Part shown: positions 58,499-64,000 of the stretch, piece by piece | Layout: every line of letters begins with the position of its first letter | Position numbering within the stretch: the stretch's first letter is position 1 | Assembly: GCA_038227635.1 (NCBI GenBank) | Contig: JBBRPT010000006.1 | Location: 1 to 64,000 of the forward strand | DNA from: Leptolyngbyales cyanobacterium | GTDB lineage: Bacteria > Cyanobacteriota > Cyanobacteriia > Leptolyngbyales > Leptolyngbyaceae | Length of the DNA: 64,000 bases | Reading direction: 5' to 3' | Notes under the pieces: model-generated | The model's input: the letters and a program-made list of their open reading frames with translations, nothing else | What the model was told of the DNA's origin: nothing | Databases searched by the model: none | Made by a program: the position numbers and the translations under genes

Positions 58499-58822
58499 CT
58501 ACCGCCGAGGCGCATACATGATGACTAAAACGCCTAGAAGTGCCAGCCATGCCCCCAACCAGTCGTATTTATCGGGTGCAGTTTTCTCGACAACCCAGCC
58601 CCACAGCAGCGACAGTACGATAAATACGCCGCCGTAGGCTGCGTAGGCACGGCTAAAACTAGCGGGTTGCAGCGTTGGCAGCACGCCATAAATGGCGAGA
58701 ACAATGACTCCAATCAGGGCAAGCCAAGGGCTTTTCCCTTCGCGTAGCCACAGCCAGAATAGATAGCCGCCGCCAATCTCGCAGAATCCAGCCAGCACAA
58801 AAAAGAAGAGGGATTGAACCAT
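58499..58822 (-). CDS. ynfA: YnfA-family (UPF0060) small membrane protein
   Basis: 107 aa: [26 protein letters not shown]...[18 protein letters not shown]. Confidence 0.8.
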   Translation of the reverse strand: MVQSLFFFVLAGFCEIGGGYLFWLWLREGKSPWLALIGVIVLAIYGVLPTLQPASFSRAYAAYGGVFIVLSLLWGWVVEKTAPDKYDWLGAWLALLGVLVIMYAPRR

Positions 58823-58824
58823 TT

Positions 58825-59220
58825 CTAAGGGCGTTGCTCACTGAGGGTAGCGGGTTCCTCGATCGTCAAGGCGGCTTCGTTTTCCTCGCTTGTCCGAATG
58901 CGAATCGCTCTGCTCACCGGAATCACGAACAATTTACCATCGCCAACGGTGTCTGTTCTTGCCGTTTTGACGATGGTATCGACTACGGCATCGGTGAGAT
59001 CGTCATTTACAACCATTTCAATTCTGATTTTGGGCACGAAATCAACAGTGAAGGGTTTACCTTCCATGTTCAGCAGTCCGAGAAAAGCCAATGGACGACC
59101 TTTTTGCCGCCCAAAGCCTTTTGCGCCTGTGACAGTCATGCCCTGAATTCCGAGTTTGACTAAAGCTTCCTTTACGGCATCCAGTTTATTGGGCTGGATA
59201 ATGGCAAGAATTAAATTCAT
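58825..59220 (-). CDS. PII-superfamily protein with atypical extended T-loop
   Basis: The ATG at 59220 gives [63 protein letters not shown]. The B-loop and C-terminal motifs are retained. The T-loop is about 6 aa longer, hydrophobic, and lacks the Ser49/Tyr51 context. Confidence 0.75.
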   Translation of the reverse strand: MNLILAIIQPNKLDAVKEALVKLGIQGMTVTGAKGFGRQKGRPLAFLGLLNMEGKPFTVDFVPKIRIEMVVNDDLTDAVVDTIVKTARTDTVGDGKLFVIPVSRAIRIRTSEENEAALTIEEPATLSEQRP

Positions 59221-59280
59221 GATTACTGATAGCAATGGACAGATAGTTGAGGGTCGATGCAAGAGTGTGCTGAACTCTAA

Positions 59281-60843
59281 TTAATGTTTAGACGCATCTA
59301 CACGATCGCGCAAAGAATGACTCAAGTCAGCAGGCAAAAACAGAGGTTTACCTTTGAGCAAGCTGTCACCCACCAGATAAGCAAACCCAGCGACAAAGAA
59401 GGCGATCGAAATTCCGATCGCAGTCATTGAGTTAGTTTTTGCGCTTCCGGCTCCAGTCAGTCCATAGTAAAAGATGCCGCATACCATAAACAGATTTGCA
59501 CCTAAGCCTAATACGGGAATGGCGATCGTTTGAATTGGATTATGCTCTTCGTCTAGCAAGTGTTTTAGCGTTGCGATCAACGTCACCCCGCAGGTAATGC
59601 CGTAGAGCATAAACGTGCCGATGTTAGAGACGAGTGTGACGATCGTGACATTATCGACGCTCTGCACCGCATAAGCCCCAATCAAAGCTGACAGACCCGT
59701 CAGAAAGTAGATGCCGATGTGGGGCGTGTTGTAGCGACCATGCAAAAATCCAAACACGGCTGGCAATTCGCGATCACTGCCCATTGCATAACTAATCCGA
59801 ACCCCGGTTGACAGCGCCGAAAGTGCCGTCCCAACTAGCGCCATCACGACGGTGCTGGCGATCGTAATTTGCAACAGAAAGCCGTTACCGAACAATAAAG
59901 AGTCACCCAAAATCCTGGCAATATCCCCAATCGGCGCACCCGACGAGAATGCGGCGGCAAATCCAGTGACGGTCTTGCCATCTACGATCGCAGTATATTG
60001 ATCGCCAACGAAAAAGTTTGCAGCGAAATACTCAAAAAAGTAGCAGACACAGGCTTGAATGAACAGTGACAGAATTACACCTCTGGGAATATCCCGTCGA
60101 GGATTGACTGCCTCTCCTGCCATTGCCGTTGCAGATTCAAAACCAACGACTAGAAGAATGGCGATCGTGGCTTGATAAATCAACCCCAGCAAATCGTGAG
60201 GAATCACAACGCTAACTGCATTGGTGTGTTCATAGTTAACGTTGGGATGACCCAACCGATACAGAATCATCAACAACCCTAAAAACACCAGAGAAGTAAT
60301 TTGAACAATGTTGATGATAATATTGACGAGCGTAGATCCCGTTACGCCTATCATTGCGATGCTGCCTACTAGCCCTGCAAAGACAAAACAAATTAAGACT
60401 TTACTAAACCAGTCGGAGGCAAACCCAGGATTAAACAGTTGCCCAATGTAAGCGACCAACGTTCCCATAAAGCTAATCATGATACCGGGATATACCCAGT
60501 AGTAGAGGTGCGCTGCCCAACCCGTGACAAATTTTGCCAGACGAGCTAACCGAAAATGCTTATGCTCTTCTTTAGCTAAAATGGCTGCTTCGGCGTAATA
60601 GTAAGAACTACCCGCACCCGCCTCAGGATAAGCTTTGGAGAGTGTGGCATAGCAACTTGCTGTGAGTAGAGCAATGCAGGTTGCGAGAGCGATCGCTGCC
60701 CACATATTTTTGGCAGAGTCGGGAGGAGCTTGTAGTTGGTAGGTTGTCCACAAAAAAGCGCCTGGTGCAATCAACGCCATTGCGTTAATCGTAATCCCTA
60801 CCAATCCGAGCGTAGGTTTCAGTTCACTATTTGACTGAGCCAT
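59281..60843 (-). CDS. APC-superfamily permease (amino acid/polyamine/organocation type)
   Basis: The ATG at 60843 gives MAQSNSELKPTLGLVGITINAMALIAPGAFLW. About 12-13 TM helices. It ends 60 nt before the PII-like gene. Confidence 0.8.
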   Translation of the reverse strand: MAQSNSELKPTLGLVGITINAMALIAPGAFLWTTYQLQAPPDSAKNMWAAIALATCIALLTASCYATLSKAYPEAGAGSSYYYAEAAILAKEEHKHFRLARLAKFVTGWAAHLYYWVYPGIMISFMGTLVAYIGQLFNPGFASDWFSKVLICFVFAGLVGSIAMIGVTGSTLVNIIINIVQITSLVFLGLLMILYRLGHPNVNYEHTNAVSVVIPHDLLGLIYQATIAILLVVGFESATAMAGEAVNPRRDIPRGVILSLFIQACVCYFFEYFAANFFVGDQYTAIVDGKTVTGFAAAFSSGAPIGDIARILGDSLLFGNGFLLQITIASTVVMALVGTALSALSTGVRISYAMGSDRELPAVFGFLHGRYNTPHIGIYFLTGLSALIGAYAVQSVDNVTIVTLVSNIGTFMLYGITCGVTLIATLKHLLDEEHNPIQTIAIPVLGLGANLFMVCGIFYYGLTGAGSAKTNSMTAIGISIAFFVAGFAYLVGDSLLKGKPLFLPADLSHSLRDRVDASKH

Positions 60844-61062
60844 TATGTTGTTACATCCCTCGGTATTGCGACCACTATTCTCAATGGCAGAGACTAATAG
60901 ATCTGTATTCCACAACACAAATATTTGCTCGGTCTACTGTACAAATTTCGTGAAACTATTGCCACCTATAGACTTAGCAGTGACGTCAATTTCGCTCCAG
61001 ACATTTTCTACCTGCTGTCTCTAGAGTGTTTTGCACAGGTTTTTTGTTTTTTATCCTGCACT

Positions 61063-61104
61063 GTAGTCTCTGATACAAATGTTTTGATTCCCTATTCTTA
61101 CTAT
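61063..61104 (+). promoter_or_regulatory. candidate NtcA-activated (class II) promoter facing ppk2/glnN
   Basis: GTAgtctctgaTAC (61063..61076), then exactly 22 nt, then TACTAT (61099..61104, fits TAN3T). This is the canonical GTAN8TAC-N22-TAN3T architecture, about 150 nt upstream of ppk2. Confidence 0.45.
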
Positions 61105-61252
61105 TAAGCTGAAACGGACAACCTTTGGTGAGATTTAGACTTGACTCTAGAAGACCTCTGCTGGCTCTAATTGTTACATCCGTCGAAGAGGTTTTCGAGT
61201 TAGGGTTCTGTATGATTTGTATCACAGTCATTTCAGTCACCGGAGAACAACT

Positions 61253-62212
61253 ATGGAATCCGACCTTGTGAATGGAGAGGTTTCTGCAGCTACGATCGCA
61301 GAACTCCTCACTTCAGAATCCGCCAATCTGACCACAAAGAAAAAAAAGAAGAAAGGTAAGAAACACAAAAAAGCCAAACTCTCCTCTACTCCGCCACCCA
61401 TGACTTATTTACCCGCTTCTGAGCAGGAAAGCAGGTCTAAGTTCTCCAGCAAAGACTACGAGAAAGAACTCGCCCGACTGCAAGTAGAACTGGTGAAAAT
61501 GCAGTATTGGGCAAAACATACAGGCACCCGAATTGTCATCTTGTTTGAAGGTCGCGATGCCGCCGGGAAAGGCGGCACGATTAAGCGGATTACGGAGCCG
61601 TTAAATCCGCGCGGCTGTCGAGTCGTCGCTTTGGGAACCCCGAGCGATCGTGAAAAAACTGAATGGTACTTTCAGCGCTATGTGCCTCATCTACCAGCAG
61701 CAGGCGAAATTGTCTGCTTCGACCGCAGTTGGTATAACCGCGCTGGGGTCGAGCATGTGATGGGGTTTTGCACCGATGAACAGTATCAGGAATTTATGCA
61801 AACCTGCCCCGAATTTGAGCGAATGCTGGTTAGGTCTGGCATCATTTTGCTGAAGTATTGGTTTTCTGTCAGCGATGACGAGCAAGAGCGGCGGTTTCAA
61901 TCCCGCACGATCGATCCCGCCCGTCGTTGGAAACTCAGCCCGATGGATTTGGAGTCACGCGATCGCTGGGTGGAATATTCCAAAGCCAAGGACACGATGC
62001 TTTCTCACACCAATATTCCTGAAGCACCCTGGTTTACCGTTGAAGCCGACGACAAAAAACGCGCTCGCCTCAACTGCATCCGTCACTTTCTCAGCAAGAT
62101 TCCCTATGTGGATATGACTCCAGAACCGCTAGAACTGCCGCCGCGAAAGTCTGCTCATGATTATGTGCGACCCCCGCGCAACGAACAGTTCTTCGTCCCA
62201 CAAGTCTATTGA
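61253..62212 (+). CDS. ppk2: polyphosphate kinase 2 (PPK2)
   Basis: Contains FEGRDAAGKGGTIKRI (Walker A), YFQRYVPHLPAAGEIVCFDRSWYNRAGVE and the lid (RWKLSPMDLESR). There is an N-terminal Lys-rich extension (KKKKKKGKKHKKAK). Confidence 0.9.
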   Translation: MESDLVNGEVSAATIAELLTSESANLTTKKKKKKGKKHKKAKLSSTPPPMTYLPASEQESRSKFSSKDYEKELARLQVELVKMQYWAKHTGTRIVILFEGRDAAGKGGTIKRITEPLNPRGCRVVALGTPSDREKTEWYFQRYVPHLPAAGEIVCFDRSWYNRAGVEHVMGFCTDEQYQEFMQTCPEFERMLVRSGIILLKYWFSVSDDEQERRFQSRTIDPARRWKLSPMDLESRDRWVEYSKAKDTMLSHTNIPEAPWFTVEADDKKRARLNCIRHFLSKIPYVDMTPEPLELPPRKSAHDYVRPPRNEQFFVPQVY

Positions 62213-62290
62213 TGGCGAGTAAGAGCAACCGTTCTCATCGCGCCCATTTTTGATTTCATCGCTAATTTCATCTCCAAAGGAACGACAACT

Positions 62291-64000
62291 ATGAGTGGTA
62301 ATGAACTTCGTTTTCAGGCAATTTGTCAGATCACCGATCGTGAAAAGCTTCCTCCCAAAACGCCCAGCCGTCTAGAGGAACTCTGGGCAACCGACGTATT
62401 TACCCTGGGCAAAATGCAGGCTTGTTTGCCCAAAGATGTCTTCAAGTCGATCAAGAACACTATTCAGACGGGTGGAAAGCTGGATGTGTCTGTTGCCGGA
62501 ACCGTTGCCGCAGCGATGAAAGACTGGGCGATTTCTAAGGGCGCACTGTATTACGCTCACGTCTTCTACCCGATGACCAACATCACCGCCGAAAAGCACG
62601 ATGGCTTTATCTCGGTGCAAAGTGACGGCTCGGCGATGACCGAGTTCGCTGGCAAAGTGCTGGTGCAAGGCGAGCCGGATGGGTCATCGTTTCCCAATGG
62701 CGGCATTCGCTCTACGTTTGAAGCGCGGGGCTACACCGCGTGGGATGTCACCAGTCCTGCCTATGTGATGGAAACCGATAACGGGGTGACGTTGTGCATT
62801 CCCACGGTGTTCATTTCTTGGACCGGGGAAGCACTAGACAAAAAAACGCCCTTGCTGCGATCGAATGCGGCGATGAGCAAAGCGGCAACCCGACTACTCA
62901 AACTGTTGGGACATTCAGACGTGGCGACCGTCAATTCTAGCTGTGGTGCCGAGCAAGAATATTTCTTAGTCGATGCCCATTTTGCCCACAGCCGCCCGGA
63001 TATCTTGTTGACAGGCAGAACCTTGTTTGGGCGACCTGCTGCCAAAGGGCAACAGTTTGATGATCACTATTTTGGTGCGATTCCAGAGCGCGTTCAGGTC
63101 TTCATGCAAGATGTGGAAGAGCGGATGTATCGACTGGGGATTCCGGCAAAAACTCGGCATAACGAAGTGGCTCCTGGTCAGTTTGAGCTTGCTCCATTTT
63201 TTGAAGCGGCAAACGTGGCGAGTGACCACCAGCAGATGACGATGACCATTCTCAAGAACACGGCTAAGAAACATGGCTTCGTCTGCCTATTGCACGAAAA
63301 GCCGTTTGCAGGCATCAACGGGTCTGGGAAGCACGTCAACTGGTCGGTGGGCAATGCGACTCAAGGCAATCTGCTCGATCCGGGTGATACTCCCCACACC
63401 AATCTGCAATTTTTGCTGTTTTGCGGAGCGGTGATTCGTGGAGTTCACAAATATGGACCTTTGCTGCGAGCCGTGGTTGCGACTGCAAGTAACGATCATC
63501 GACTCGGTGCCAATGAAGCCCCGCCTGCAATCATCTCAGTCTATCTGGGCAGCCAGCTCGAAGATGTGTTTGAGCAAATTAAGCAGGGAGAGGTGAAAAG
63601 CTCGGCTCACGCGGGTGTGATGAGTTTGGGTGTGCTGACCTTGCCAGAGTTTCCTAAAGATCCAGGCGATCGCAACCGCACTTCACCCTTTGCTTTCACG
63701 GGCAACCGCTTTGAATTCCGGGCAGTTGGGTCGAATCAATCGGTTTCTGGTCCGCTGGTCGCAATGAACACGATTTTGACCGATTCGCTGACCTGGGTGG
63801 CTGACGAGTTAGAAGCTGAACTGGCAAAAGGGCTGTCGTTAGAAGATGCTGCCTTTACCGTGCTGAAAGAAGTCATGGAGGATCACAGCGCTGTTGTCTT
63901 TGGTGGCAATGGTTACTCCGAAGCGTGGCACAAAATGGCAGTTGAGGAACGCGGGCTGTTGAACCTACCCACGACCGCAGACGCGTTGCCCATTTTGAAA
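62291..64000 (+). CDS. glnN: type III glutamine synthetase GlnN, 5' partial (runs off window end)
   Basis: It is absent from the ORF track because there is no stop within the window. From ATG 62291 the frame is open for 570 codons. The product includes ..[33 protein letters not shown].., [43 protein letters not shown] and [13 protein letters not shown]. Confidence 0.9.
   Translation, partial: MSGNELRFQAICQITDREKLPPKTPSRLEELWATDVFTLGKMQACLPKDVFKSIKNTIQTGGKLDVSVAGTVAAAMKDWAISKGALYYAHVFYPMTNITAEKHDGFISVQSDGSAMTEFAGKVLVQGEPDGSSFPNGGIRSTFEARGYTAWDVTSPAYVMETDNGVTLCIPTVFISWTGEALDKKTPLLRSNAAMSKAATRLLKLLGHSDVATVNSSCGAEQEYFLVDAHFAHSRPDILLTGRTLFGRPAAKGQQFDDHYFGAIPERVQVFMQDVEERMYRLGIPAKTRHNEVAPGQFELAPFFEAANVASDHQQMTMTILKNTAKKHGFVCLLHEKPFAGINGSGKHVNWSVGNATQGNLLDPGDTPHTNLQFLLFCGAVIRGVHKYGPLLRAVVATASNDHRLGANEAPPAIISVYLGSQLEDVFEQIKQGEVKSSAHAGVMSLGVLTLPEFPKDPGDRNRTSPFAFTGNRFEFRAVGSNQSVSGPLVAMNTILTDSLTWVADELEAELAKGLSLEDAAFTVLKEVMEDHSAVVFGGNGYSEAWHKMAVEERGLLNLPTTADALPILK

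Noticed and set aside
61330-61350. A-rich run (AAGAAAAAAAAGAAGAAAGG) in the ppk2 5' region as a phase-variation tract
   Set aside because: It encodes an in-frame Lys-rich N-terminal extension, and there is no evidence of length heterogeneity from a single sequence.

Overview
The window looks like a cyanobacterial chromosome segment. The HIP1 octamer GCGATCGC is scattered throughout, and the gene content fits: glnB, glnN, kdpABGC with an N-terminal-only kdpD, csaB, and a DUF2499/DUF3593 pair. From about 0 to 40 kb it is mostly ordinary core and accessory genes. These include NDH-2, an FHA-fused class A PBP, TsaB, two zinc-ribbon Ser/Thr kinases, a B12-radical-SAM/GT2 pair, PII GlnB, an ATPase+TPR pair, an IS200/IS605 element, an SPFH protein, and a two-component system beside the kdp operon. 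From about 40.2 to 57.8 kb there is an island full of mobile-element scars: an IS1 fragment, an IS4/IS701-like pseudogene carrying a MITE, an IS5 remnant, a frameshifted Hin/resolvase-type recombinase and a recombinase fragment. Inside the island, 94-bp inverted repeats (41773..41866 and 55173..55266) bracket a 13.3-kb module. Its core is a nine-gene minus-strand operon (44138..53555) that I cannot assign to any described system. It encodes two paralogous charge-segregated repeat proteins (tandem acidic-aromatic HYSNP..EWE cassettes followed by a cationic amphipathic helix), an HExxH protein, and two unknowns. It also encodes three enzyme-like proteins: Ser-hydrolase-like, LAS/extensin-like zinc peptidase-like, and GH46/lysozyme-like. 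Five of the nine proteins share an N-terminal FE-x-P...EWE tag, and none has a recognisable signal peptide. The last 6 kb carries a nitrogen-themed set: an APC permease with an atypical PII-like protein, an NtcA-type promoter, ppk2, and a 5' partial type III glutamine synthetase that runs off the window end. I saw no rRNA, tRNA or CRISPR array. All functional calls rest on motif recognition by eye, because no searches could be run.
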